Part shown: positions 29,513 to 38,633 of the stretch, in pieces
Layout of the letters: the number at the start of each line of letters is the position of its first letter
Position numbering within the stretch: the first letter of the stretch is position 1
Assembly (NCBI GenBank): GCA_031411135.1
Contig: JANOAN010000009.1
Location: 7,175-71,174, forward strand
Length of the DNA stretch: 64,000 nucleotides
Reading direction: 5' to 3'
From: a bacterium
Lineage (GTDB): Bacteria; Patescibacteriota; Minisyncoccia; Phycocordibacterales; CAIZLB01
Made by a program: the position numbers and the translations under genes
The notes under the pieces: generated by a model
The model's input: only the letters and a program-made list of their open reading frames with translations
The model's database searches: none
Told to the model about the DNA's origin: nothing

Positions 29513-31279
29513 CTAACGTACTGTCGAGGAAGCAGTGCTTGTTGCTGTGTTATTAACAACATCCCCCACTCCTCTATCCGGCGGAATTTGATAATAATTA
29601 ATTAAGTATTTTGTAAGTTCAATAAATGGCTTTGCCAAAGTTTCAGAAGCATAGTTCACGCCACGTGGGTTTACAGTGTAAAGAAATACAATAAATTTTG
29701 GATCGTAAGCCGGTAAAAATCCGATGAACGAGTGTAAATACTGATCCTCTTGATATCCCGCCCCCTTAATTGGAATCTGGGCAGTTCCAGTTTTAGCAGC
29801 AATAGAATATCTTGGATTTTTACTTTTACCATCAAGAAGAGAAGTGTCTACGTTATTAATAAGCATTCGTGTTACAGCAAGCGCCGTTTCCTCTTTGATT
29901 ACTCTCCCCCCTTTTTCAGGTTCAACATTTTTATCAATACCGATTCGATAATTAATCTCTTTTACCACGTGCGGTGTCACCAAATACCCGCCGTTGGCAA
30001 TAGTTGCCTCTGCACGAATAGTTTCAATCGGACTGATGGCAATACCCTGCCCGAACGCAGCTGTCACGAATTCAACATCATTATTGCGCTTCAAAGTATC
30101 AATCAGTCCTGATGCCTCATTCGGCAAATCGATTCCGGTTTTATCTCCCAATCCAAAGGATTCAAGATACTTTCTAAAAAGTGCATTGCCAACTTGCTGT
30201 TCAATAAAAACGAACCCCGTGTTCAAAGACTTAGCTAATGCGTACAACAGCGTAATTGTTCCGCGTCCTTTTTTGTCGAAGTTTGAAATAGTTCTATCAT
30301 TTACCTTAACCGATCCTTTGTCGTTATATGTTGTTGAAGCTGTAACCTTTCCAACATCGACCCCAACTGCCATTGTTAAAGGTTTAATAATCGAACCCAT
30401 TTCATACACAGATTCTACAAGGTCATTTCTAAGATCACCCAGATCAGAAACCGACCCTAAATTATTCGGATCAAACGAAGGTGTTTTCCCCATTGCATAA
30501 ATCTGGCCATTCATCGGATTCATGATAATTCCGCCGGTTAATTTAGAACCATACTGCTTTTCAATTCCGACTAACAAATCCTCCAAATATTTCTGCGTAT
30601 CTGGTTCAATACTTGTAACAATGTCACCTTCCATTTTTTCCCCATCAATGGAATTTTTAATATTAGAAAATATTTCAGCAAAGAAGTTCACATATACATC
30701 CTCACCACCTCGCCTTAAAGTTTCATCATAATACCTTTCAAGCCCATAACGACCGGCGTATTCATCACCCTTAAAACCCATAAACCCGAGCACATTTGAC
30801 GCTAAAGAACCACCTGGGTAGTAGCGCCACTTCTCTTTGTATATAGAAATTCCTGGAATCTTTAAATCTGTGATTTTTTTGCCAGTTGCTTCATCAATAT
30901 GCTTTGCAATTTCTTCGTATGAATCGTTTTGCTTGTTTGCCCTCATTGTAAAGTCCTGTTCATCAATTTCAAGAACCGCAGAAAGCTTTTTAAAAACTTC
31001 TGCAACACCTTCCGCGTTAGACTTCTGCAAAATTTTTGGATTAATTGCCACATTGAATCCAGTTTTCAAAGTAGCCGCTGAAATCAACTTCCCATCCTTA
31101 GTACTAAAATAAATCGTACCGCGATTGAAAACCTCGCCTGAAGAACGCTGGTATTGTCGGTCTGCACGGTCTGCGAAATCATCATAGTGTATGATCTGAA
31201 CAGAATAAAGCTTTGCCACAAGCATAAGCACAATGGCCAATATAAAAAATGAAATGATGCGGATGCGTTTCTGGAGCAT
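29513..31279 (-). CDS. ftsI: Class B penicillin-binding protein (transpeptidase); its position suggests FtsI
   Basis: N-terminal TM helix, PBP dimerisation domain, and transpeptidase motifs SIIKP, SLN, KTGTA. Confidence 0.8.
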   Translation of the reverse strand: MLQKRIRIISFFILAIVLMLVAKLYSVQIIHYDDFADRADRQYQRSSGEVFNRGTIYFSTKDGKLISAATLKTGFNVAINPKILQKSNAEGVAEVFKKLSAVLEIDEQDFTMRANKQNDSYEEIAKHIDEATGKKITDLKIPGISIYKEKWRYYPGGSLASNVLGFMGFKGDEYAGRYGLERYYDETLRRGGEDVYVNFFAEIFSNIKNSIDGEKMEGDIVTSIEPDTQKYLEDLLVGIEKQYGSKLTGGIIMNPMNGQIYAMGKTPSFDPNNLGSVSDLGDLRNDLVESVYEMGSIIKPLTMAVGVDVGKVTASTTYNDKGSVKVNDRTISNFDKKGRGTITLLYALAKSLNTGFVFIEQQVGNALFRKYLESFGLGDKTGIDLPNEASGLIDTLKRNNDVEFVTAAFGQGIAISPIETIRAEATIANGGYLVTPHVVKEINYRIGIDKNVEPEKGGRVIKEETALAVTRMLINNVDTSLLDGKSKNPRYSIAAKTGTAQIPIKGAGYQEDQYLHSFIGFLPAYDPKFIVFLYTVNPRGVNYASETLAKPFIELTKYLINYYQIPPDRGVGDVVNNTATSTASSTVR

Positions 31280-31298
31280 GTATACTGGTTATTATAAC

Positions 31299-31595
31299 CT
31301 ATACAAAGCGAATCTCTAATTTTTTATTAAAGGTTTCAGCAATTTTAGTTAAAGTTGATAGGCTTATATTTTCACTCCCACTCTCAATACGTGCAATATT
31401 GCTTTGAGTCATGTTTAATTTCTTGGCTAAAGCAAGTTGGGAAAGTCCAGCTTTTTTTCGAAGTAATAAAATAGCATACGCAGTTTCAAGTTGCCTGCCG
31501 TACATGTCGAAGAGGCGCTTGTTTTCGGGGTCTTTGAGCCAAATATTGAGTTCTTCATTAAAATCTGTAGCTTTTGTAAAATTTTTTTTATTCAT
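31299..31595 (-). CDS. XRE-family HTH antitoxin (HigA-like)
   Basis: HTH LSQLALAKKLNMTQSNIARIESG. Overlaps the upstream toxin gene by 8 nt. Confidence 0.7.
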   Translation of the reverse strand: MNKKNFTKATDFNEELNIWLKDPENKRLFDMYGRQLETAYAILLLRKKAGLSQLALAKKLNMTQSNIARIESGSENISLSTLTKIAETFNKKLEIRFV

Positions 31596-31950
31596 AGTTT
31601 TGAGGGTTATTTAAAGTATCGCAATAATGAGATAAAGATTTTTGTATTTCTCTCAGTGGTGTTTTGTCTGTTTTTTTAAGGAAAGCTGAAAGTAGAATTA
31701 TTTTCTTGTGGATAAACCCAAAATAAAATATTCTGTGTTGATTATGTCCAAAACTTACTCTTAACTCCCTTATTTTACCAACAATGTGTTTTGAATATGG
31801 TTCTTCGATGTATCCATTGGACATTTGTAAGAAGCGAATATACTTTTTAATTTTTGCTTGATTTTTATCATCCAAATTTAATATATATTCCTTAACAGGC
31901 TCTCGACCTGTTTTGCTGTTTTTATAATATTTTACTTCGTATTCATCCAT
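31588..31950 (-). CDS. Gp49/HigB-like (RelE/ParE superfamily) type II toxin
   Basis: 120-aa ORF matching the Gp49-like pattern (EVKYY.....REP..EYI..L....QAKI...I..L...G......K.I.G.I.ELRV..G....RIFYF.......ILLSAFLKKT.KTP..EI..). Confidence 0.65.
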   Translation of the reverse strand: MDEYEVKYYKNSKTGREPVKEYILNLDDKNQAKIKKYIRFLQMSNGYIEEPYSKHIVGKIRELRVSFGHNQHRIFYFGFIHKKIILLSAFLKKTDKTPLREIQKSLSHYCDTLNNPQNYE

Positions 31951-32099
31951 AAGTAGTATATATCCTATAAGATATATGTCAAATTAAAAAATAATTTCTA
32001 TTATGGATAAGAGAGATTAAATATAGATGAAGAAAGTATAAATTTTAATTACAAGGAAGCACCCATAAGGGTGCGGATACTATGGACTCATATTTAGGT

Positions 32100-32522
32100 C
32101 TAGAGATTCACTAACAATACCTTTGGCACTATACCCATGGCACGAGAAACCATAAGACGTGTATTCCCGCTTACAAGGTGCAGTGTTTCTCCAATTTTAA
32201 GTATGATGGGAGCGTCTAGACTCTCACCAATTTCCATTTTTATCTTTAAAGACTGCCAATCTCTATTTTCAGCATCAGCATGATATTTAACCATCCCCCA
32301 GTCTCCAGTTGGAATATCGTACGAGTCTGTGTTTTCCAACTTAACCCACTCCTCCTCTGAAAGTGGAACTAGTTCTGAAACTTTAGCGGTCGCCATAAAA
32401 CTAGATACAAAACCACTTGCATTTTTTCTTGCAAAAACTCCCGCAACTCTTTCTATCTCACCTACTTCACTTTCGAGTTTAGGTAATATAAATATATCTT
32501 TAAAACTTTCTTTAGTTTCCAT
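32100..32522 (-). CDS. Hypothetical protein
   Basis: 140-aa acidic protein with no motif recognised. Confidence 0.35.
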   Translation of the reverse strand: METKESFKDIFILPKLESEVGEIERVAGVFARKNASGFVSSFMATAKVSELVPLSEEEWVKLENTDSYDIPTGDWGMVKYHADAENRDWQSLKIKMEIGESLDAPIILKIGETLHLVSGNTRLMVSRAMGIVPKVLLVNL

Positions 32523-32552
32523 ACCTAAAGTATATCAAATTTTTCTTACAAC

Positions 32553-32873
32553 CTACCGCATCGCCACAGTCTTCAAAATCTCCTTCGTCACAAACGACAC
32601 CCTCGCCGGCTGATCAAAACCCAAAGCCTTCGCACTCTCCATAGTAATAGAACCCTTTGACTTTATATATTCAAATTCTTTCTCACCTAATTGTGAGTTG
32701 ATAGTCACAATTTCATCCTGCATTTTTTCACGAGCAGCCACATTCCAAATAGTCTTGTTTATGAAATACATATAAGTGAGTCCGAGCAGAATTATAATCG
32801 CAACCATCGTCCAAAAAACGCTTTTTGAAATTTTTTCTATTTTTTTGATTGCTTGTACTGCTTGTTCGGTCAT
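32553..32873 (-). CDS. FtsL-like small bitopic division protein (assigned by position)
   Basis: 106-aa ORF with N-terminal TM helix and a coiled-coil-like ectodomain. Directly downstream of rsmH. Confidence 0.4.
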   Translation of the reverse strand: MTEQAVQAIKKIEKISKSVFWTMVAIIILLGLTYMYFINKTIWNVAAREKMQDEIVTINSQLGEKEFEYIKSKGSITMESAKALGFDQPARVSFVTKEILKTVAMR

Positions 32874-32885
32874 TTTATTTTGTTT

Positions 32886-33803
32886 TTAAATTTTTTCTAT
32901 TATTCTTAATTTGGCGCTTCTTGAACGTGGGTTCTCCTTCATCTCCTCCTCGCTCGGAACTATTGGCTTTTTAGTAATGATGTAAACTTTTCCTTCCTCT
33001 TCTTCCTTTTTAAAATATTGTTTGACGATCCTGTCTTCTAAACTGTGATATGAGATGACTGCGAGGCGTCCTTTGGGTTTAAGTATCTGAACCGCTCCCT
33101 CAAGTCCTTGTGACAATGTTGTAAGTTCATCGTTCACCGCCATCCTTAGTGCCTGAAAAGTCTTTGTTGCTGGATGAATGCGACCGAAACGAAGCATTGA
33201 CGGGTATGTACTTCGGATTAAATCTGCCAATTGTTTTGCTGTCTTGATCGGCGACTCATCTCTTGTCTCAACAATTCTTCTGGCTATTCTGCCTGCGAAC
33301 TTTTCCTCTCCATAACTTTTAATAATCGTTTCAATCTGATCTACTGACCAATTGTTTACAATGTCGGCTGCGGTAAAATTGTATTTATCACGAGCCCCAA
33401 AAGTCATTTCGAGCGGATCTTCGCTCTTGAATGAAAAACCTCGTCCGCCTTCTTCCAATTCATACGAGCTAAGTCCGAGATCAAAGAGGACTGCGTCCAC
33501 CGACGAGCCGGCTGTGACTTTTTCCAAGGCTTCTCGAACCAACTCGGCAATGTTAGCGAAGTTGTCTTGGCAATAATGGATTTTGGATTGTTTTTTTGAT
33601 GCATGTTTTTCTAAGTTATCTTTTGCGCGTTTTAATGCTTCTGGATCTAAATCAATTCCTATGATTGTTACATCCCCTTTTGTTCTTTTTAAAACCTCTT
33701 CACTGTGCCCCCCATCTCCGAGATTACAATCAACAAATATTGAACCCTTCTTGATGGCTAGTTCATCTACCACTTGTTTTAAAAGTACGGGAGTGTGCCT
33801 CAT
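32886..33803 (-). CDS. rsmH: 16S rRNA (cytosine1402-N4)-methyltransferase
   Basis: MRHTPVLLKQVV...VDCNLGDGGHSE N-terminus is diagnostic for MraW/RsmH. Confidence 0.9.
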   Translation of the reverse strand: MRHTPVLLKQVVDELAIKKGSIFVDCNLGDGGHSEEVLKRTKGDVTIIGIDLDPEALKRAKDNLEKHASKKQSKIHYCQDNFANIAELVREALEKVTAGSSVDAVLFDLGLSSYELEEGGRGFSFKSEDPLEMTFGARDKYNFTAADIVNNWSVDQIETIIKSYGEEKFAGRIARRIVETRDESPIKTAKQLADLIRSTYPSMLRFGRIHPATKTFQALRMAVNDELTTLSQGLEGAVQILKPKGRLAVISYHSLEDRIVKQYFKKEEEEGKVYIITKKPIVPSEEEMKENPRSRSAKLRIIEKI

Positions 33804-33807
33804 AGGT

Positions 33808-34242
33808 TTAGATCACGCCGATCTCTCCTAATTTCTGAGCCAAATGGTCGGCCTGTTTAAGGACTTTAGATTTGTATTCCTTCCATCGTCCTTCGTCCCA
33901 AATTTCCACTCGGCTATGAACTCCTGCGAAAACTACTTTGTTATCGATACCAGCAAATTGGCGAAGAAAATCGGGAATTAAGATTCGGCCAATTGCATCG
34001 ATTTCAATTTCAACGGCGCCTGCAAGCATGATGCGATTAAATCCGCGCGTGTCTGCCTGCCCCATCGATAAACTTCCTAGTTTTTCGGAGATTTTATTCC
34101 ACTCTTTTAACGGATACATGAATAGACAGTTATCGAGACCGTGAGTCACAACAACTTTTTTACCTATCTCTTTGCGGAACTTTGATGGCATTGAGATACG
34201 TTTCTTTTCATCTTGGGAGTGTGTATATTCGCCGATCAACAT
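33808..34242 (-). CDS. mraZ: Transcriptional regulator MraZ
   Basis: MLIGEYTHSQDEKKRISMP... duplicated SpoVT/AbrB-like halves. 144 aa. Confidence 0.88.
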   Translation of the reverse strand: MLIGEYTHSQDEKKRISMPSKFRKEIGKKVVVTHGLDNCLFMYPLKEWNKISEKLGSLSMGQADTRGFNRIMLAGAVEIEIDAIGRILIPDFLRQFAGIDNKVVFAGVHSRVEIWDEGRWKEYKSKVLKQADHLAQKLGEIGVI

Positions 34243-34987
34243 AGAAGCGTTTTATAAAGATTTTGAGAAGCTTACTTAAGGCTTTTCGTGGCTCTTTAAA
34301 TTTACCACTTCTTCCCACTTAGTTACCATTTTATCCCACATGAATACCCTTTGCAAACACAAAAGCCCACTGGAAGGTGGATAACTTGGAACTATTGCAA
34401 AAAGCAGGACTAAGTGTAGTATTTTCTTCGGGAAATCGAGGAAAGGAAATTCAACAAAAATCGACAATGCCTCGTCATAGAAAAAAACCAAAACCACGCA
34501 GAACCATACCAAAACCGAAGAAACGTAGGCCGTCTCGCAAATCTGAGCCGAGGGGCGAGCACTTCGATCCCAAATTGCCTTGGGAGCCGGACAAGTAAGC
34601 TCAAATTGGGACAAATGGCAGTAACGAGACCCTTCGAAAACAATACCGACGTGTCACTTCTTCCAGAAGGCAGGCATAAGCAGTGAACCAACCCGTCAAC
34701 TTGCAAATGAACCTAAAATAGTTACCATTTGCTAAGGGAAATCGAGAAGTAAAACTTCAACCAAGTACATCATGGGATCAATAAAAAAAACGGACTGTGA
34801 AACCAAAGCAGAAAAAAACACAGAAGCGTAAGCTTCCGCGTCGCGGACAACTCCGAGAAGATCAGTGTGCCTCTGAGGCATGCGTCGCCGGGATGCCCCA
34901 GCATCCGGACTGAACACCCCCCCAAATCAAAAACACCCCCGCGCGACCTGATGGTCTCGCGGGTGGTTTTGTTTTTAAAATTACTTA

Positions 34988-35329
34988 TTATGACTGTGCT
35001 TCTCCTCCATATTCTTTCCCCTCTTCCATTGCAGGTCTAACGGCAATAATAGTAATAAATTTTGTGGCTGGATTGAGACCACCATAACCTTCTGACACAA
35101 CACCCATTACTTTTTCATTTGTAGGCACTTCCATTTCTCCATCATCTATTCCTCTTGTACCTGGATCTGCCTCTAAAGTGTCGAATTTAAAATGTTCAAA
35201 ACCGTCCTTTAAAGCTTTTTCCATTTCTCGTCTTATAGGAGCAAGACTTGTTTCACTTACTGTAAAAGGGATTCGGGCTAAAACTTCATCAATCGCTGGG
35301 ACACTACTTACAAGTTCGTGGTGGTTCAT
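34988..35329 (-). CDS. Hypothetical acidic protein
   Basis: 113-aa ORF with a strong terminator downstream (34930–34975). Confidence 0.35.
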   Translation of the reverse strand: MNHHELVSSVPAIDEVLARIPFTVSETSLAPIRREMEKALKDGFEHFKFDTLEADPGTRGIDDGEMEVPTNEKVMGVVSEGYGGLNPATKFITIIAVRPAMEEGKEYGGEAQS

Positions 35330-35383
35330 ATTTGTATATGCATTAAATTAATAACTTTATTCTAAACCCTCAATAACAACAGG

Positions 35384-37006
35384 TCAAACCACCTCCCCAA
35401 ACCTCTTTACCAAAAACTCCCTATCAATGACACTTAAAAACCAACCTGCTTTTGGACCGCTTTTCTTTCCCAACACCGATAAATAAATCGCCTCAAAAAA
35501 TTCTTTTGGATTTATCTGCGTAGACTCTTTAATTTCATGTAGTTTTGAGTGCATCGCCTGACCTTCTATAACGTCAACCGATTTTAAATATTCCAATACC
35601 ATGGAGATGGCTTTTTTCTGAGTATCATTCAAAGTAATACCATCTGGCAACTTTTCCTGAATCGCAAATTGATAATCCTCTGGAGCGTACGTATCAATCC
35701 AAACTTGGGCATAATGTAATCGCTTCTTAAGCTCTTTTTTATCCTCATCTGATAGTGGATGCCCAACTAAATGTTCTGCTTCTTTTTCAATATCCAAGTG
35801 TCGCATCTGTGAAAGGAATGCAATTTGCGAAAATCTAGGCAAAGCTCTTGCAATAATCACCTCTCCTTTTGGATGTATCAACTTGAACATTCTGCTGTAG
35901 TCATCCTCAATCTTTGCAAAATATCCTGTTGCAAACTTATCATATGTATCAAAAAGAATTGCTACAGTATCGCCTTCAGGATCAAATTCAATTGTGCGCT
36001 GTGGTTCTTTTTGGAGCATTAACAGTCTAACAATTTCTGCAGGGAGCAAATCCACAATGTCCTTGGAAAATGAACCTCGTCCTTTTGATGAAGACATTTT
36101 CTTTCCAGCAATATTAAAAAATTCGTAAGGAATATTGTATGGAGGTTCATACCCAAAAACTTCTCTGGCTATAGTTTCTGCTACATCACGAGACCCACCC
36201 TTCGTAGAGTGATCTTTTCCACCACCTTCAATATGAACCCCTACAATTCCAAATTTGGCAGCCCATTCTAATTTCCACGGTAATTTTGCACGTCCGTTGT
36301 ATGGAGAAACAGAGCCTTTATGTCCACAGCCAGTAGTCCAATCTAAATCTCGACATACATACTGAACCATCTCTGAATATTCACCTTCTCCTGTTGTAAA
36401 ATCCTCTGCGAGAGTAGTGGAAACTTTTCCACAATTTTCACAGATAACATTTACAGGAAGCCACTTGCCCTCTTTTACAGATCCGGAAACACTTTTGTAA
36501 ATTTCTCTTATCTTCTCTCCATTTTTTAGAGTTAGTTGAATTGCTCGATTATAATCTCCTCTCTTGTATAAATCAGAAGAACGGTAAATTTCAGGAGTGA
36601 ATCCAATAGCTTTAACTACTTCGACAAACTCTCCTCCAAAATATTCCGCAAAGTTTTTTCCTACAGGAATATTTTTACTATTAGGATCATTGTTTGTTTC
36701 TGGTGTTGGAGACGGCACATCACATAGCGGCTTGCCTAAAAATGGCTTGAAAGTTTTTTCATCTAAGTAAACCGGTAACCCATCCATAGGATCAAAGTCA
36801 TTTATTTCAAAAAGATATTTATGTGGTATTCCGACTTCTTCAAGTACTTCTGCCACAATCCCGTGAATTGCCACACCTCGAAGAGATCCGACATGAACCC
36901 GACCAGAAGCGGTTTTTTCATCACGAATAATAAGCGGCTTACCACTTGCAATAACATCTTTATATTTTTCCCTTACCTCATTGATTATTTTGTCTGGCCA
37001 ATACAT
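35384..37006 (-). CDS. lysK: Class I lysine–tRNA ligase (archaeal-type LysRS)
   Basis: HIGN-like TASGRVHVGSLRG near the N-terminus and KMSSSKGRG. About 540 aa. Start moved to the internal Met (MYWPDKII). Confidence 0.65.
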   Translation of the reverse strand: MYWPDKIINEVREKYKDVIASGKPLIIRDEKTASGRVHVGSLRGVAIHGIVAEVLEEVGIPHKYLFEINDFDPMDGLPVYLDEKTFKPFLGKPLCDVPSPTPETNNDPNSKNIPVGKNFAEYFGGEFVEVVKAIGFTPEIYRSSDLYKRGDYNRAIQLTLKNGEKIREIYKSVSGSVKEGKWLPVNVICENCGKVSTTLAEDFTTGEGEYSEMVQYVCRDLDWTTGCGHKGSVSPYNGRAKLPWKLEWAAKFGIVGVHIEGGGKDHSTKGGSRDVAETIAREVFGYEPPYNIPYEFFNIAGKKMSSSKGRGSFSKDIVDLLPAEIVRLLMLQKEPQRTIEFDPEGDTVAILFDTYDKFATGYFAKIEDDYSRMFKLIHPKGEVIIARALPRFSQIAFLSQMRHLDIEKEAEHLVGHPLSDEDKKELKKRLHYAQVWIDTYAPEDYQFAIQEKLPDGITLNDTQKKAISMVLEYLKSVDVIEGQAMHSKLHEIKESTQINPKEFFEAIYLSVLGKKSGPKAGWFLSVIDREFLVKRFGEVV

Positions 37007-37010
37007 ATTA

Positions 37011-37994
37011 TTACATACCCGTGTTAGGTTGCTGTGGTGGGACACTTACTACAGGAACGGGATTCTGCGGAGGTGGCACGTCATTATTTGGGACAGAAGG
37101 AGCAGGAGTGCCGATGTATTGTGACTTTCCATAACCTAAAATCGGAATAAAAATGAATGGTAAGAAAATAGTACCAATCAAAAACCCAGTTCCCTTTCCA
37201 AAAGCTTTGAGGAAGTGACTAAGCGCAATGATTGCTATGACAAAGTTTACAAACGGTATAAACATTAATAACACCCACCAAGTTGGCAAACCTCCAATTT
37301 CAAGCATGATTACAATGTTGTATATAGGCACAATTGAAGCCCATCCAGGTTTTCCCGCCTTATTAAAGGTCTTCCACATTGGTACAACACCTAAAAATAT
37401 CCCTACTATTAATGCGAGGAGTAGAGGAATTATGAAAAATCCCGTGAATGCCAAAATCGAAAAAGCACCCGCATCCATTGTATATTTTGTCTTTGTTGCA
37501 GTTACCTGATTTTGTGGATCTTTAGCATCAGAAGAACTTGTTTCAGTTGTTCCACTAATTTGACTCTTTAAGTCTTTTACCAGAGTATACAAATCCGTAT
37601 CCAACAACTTCCACTCTTTTCCTTCCATTACAAAAGTAAAATATATGACCTGTGTATAGGGATTATTTTTGTCATCTTTTATATTTATATTTGCAGTGGT
37701 AGAAACTTCAACCTCAGAATTCGCACTATCTTCGAAACTTACATCTGAAAAGGTTAGCTTATAACCTTCCATTTTAAATGGTGTGACCATAAAAATGTCG
37801 CTCGGAAGCTCTGGGTCTGCATTTTTTGAAAGAATAGCCCTGACACTAGCGTGATCGCTTGTGGTAAAGCTTTCAGCAATGATATCTAGCCTTGATTTGA
37901 TTGTGACTTCATCAGTATTTGAAATTGCTAGCGCTGACCCTGTTACTCCAAAGGAAATTACCAATGTTAAAAAAGCTGTTAAAAATTTTTTCAT
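37011..37994 (-). CDS. Secreted N-terminal domain + C-terminal polytopic membrane domain protein (DUF-like), Pro-rich tail
   Basis: Signal peptide. C-terminal half PGWASIVPIYNIVIMLEIGGLPTWWVLLMFIPFVNF is typical of small conserved membrane-domain families. Confidence 0.4.
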   Translation of the reverse strand: MKKFLTAFLTLVISFGVTGSALAISNTDEVTIKSRLDIIAESFTTSDHASVRAILSKNADPELPSDIFMVTPFKMEGYKLTFSDVSFEDSANSEVEVSTTANINIKDDKNNPYTQVIYFTFVMEGKEWKLLDTDLYTLVKDLKSQISGTTETSSSDAKDPQNQVTATKTKYTMDAGAFSILAFTGFFIIPLLLALIVGIFLGVVPMWKTFNKAGKPGWASIVPIYNIVIMLEIGGLPTWWVLLMFIPFVNFVIAIIALSHFLKAFGKGTGFLIGTIFLPFIFIPILGYGKSQYIGTPAPSVPNNDVPPPQNPVPVVSVPPQQPNTGM

Positions 37995-38043
37995 AGATTT
38001 ATATACAATGTTTAATACAAATATTGTATATTATTGCTTGTTT

Positions 38044-38565
38044 TTACTCAATAGAAACAACAGTATACTTTGCAGCACCAGAAGGAGTGCTAAAAGTAAA
38101 CGACTCACCTTTCTTTTTCCCCATCAGTGCGTGCCCTAGTGGTGACTTGAAAGAAATTTTTCCAGTTTTCATATCAGATTCCTCAGATCCAACAAGTGTG
38201 TAAGTCTTTGTAGCTGATTCAGTTCCCTTTTTTACAACCACCGTTGAACCAACCTCAACAACACTACTGTGGTGTGCTGTGACAATTTCAGCATGAGCCA
38301 AGACATTCTCTAAAACAGAGATTCTGTCCTCGACTGTTGCTTGCGCTTCACGTGCTTCTTGATATTCTGCATTTTCAGATAAATCTCCTAGAGACTTGGC
38401 ATACTCTAGTTCTTTTGCAACCTCCTTTCTCTTAACGGTCTTTAACTGTTCTAGTTCCGCCGTTAATTCCTTGAAACGCTCTTTTGTAAGATATTCTTTT
38501 TGCGACATTTTGGTTATGGTAATTAACCTTCCACCATCCAATTTACTTTTATTAATTGCCGACAT
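38044..38565 (-). CDS. greA: Transcription elongation factor GreA
   Basis: Coiled-coil N-domain with LSENAEY and a C-terminal FKBP-like domain. Confidence 0.85.
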   Translation of the reverse strand: MSAINKSKLDGGRLITITKMSQKEYLTKERFKELTAELEQLKTVKRKEVAKELEYAKSLGDLSENAEYQEAREAQATVEDRISVLENVLAHAEIVTAHHSSVVEVGSTVVVKKGTESATKTYTLVGSEESDMKTGKISFKSPLGHALMGKKKGESFTFSTPSGAAKYTVVSIE

Positions 38566-38633
38566 TGTATTACTTTTTAAGCCTAGCGTAAAGACTATAC
38601 GCTTTGATTAAGTCATTGTTGAATATATAATCA

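Noticed and set aside
29750-31112. Plus-strand ORFs (91–168 aa) opposite the class B PBP gene
   Set aside because: Antisense artefacts. The PBP frame carries all transpeptidase motifs.
34377-34598. 73-aa extremely basic ORF (MPRHRKKPKPRR...) considered as a small ribosomal protein
   Set aside because: It does not match L34/L36/S21/L32/L35 signatures. It lies in a repeat-containing non-coding-looking region and is kept only as part of a finding.
34280-34985. Checked for RNase P RNA, SRP (4.5S) RNA and tmRNA in the non-coding stretch upstream of mraZ
   Set aside because: Conserved cores (GGAAAGUCCGGGCUCC / AGGGUGAAA / ACAGAA for RNase P; GGAA-tetraloop helix 8 for SRP; tRNA-like ends for tmRNA) are not present on either strand. 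Only partial chance matches (GUCCGGCUCC) were found.
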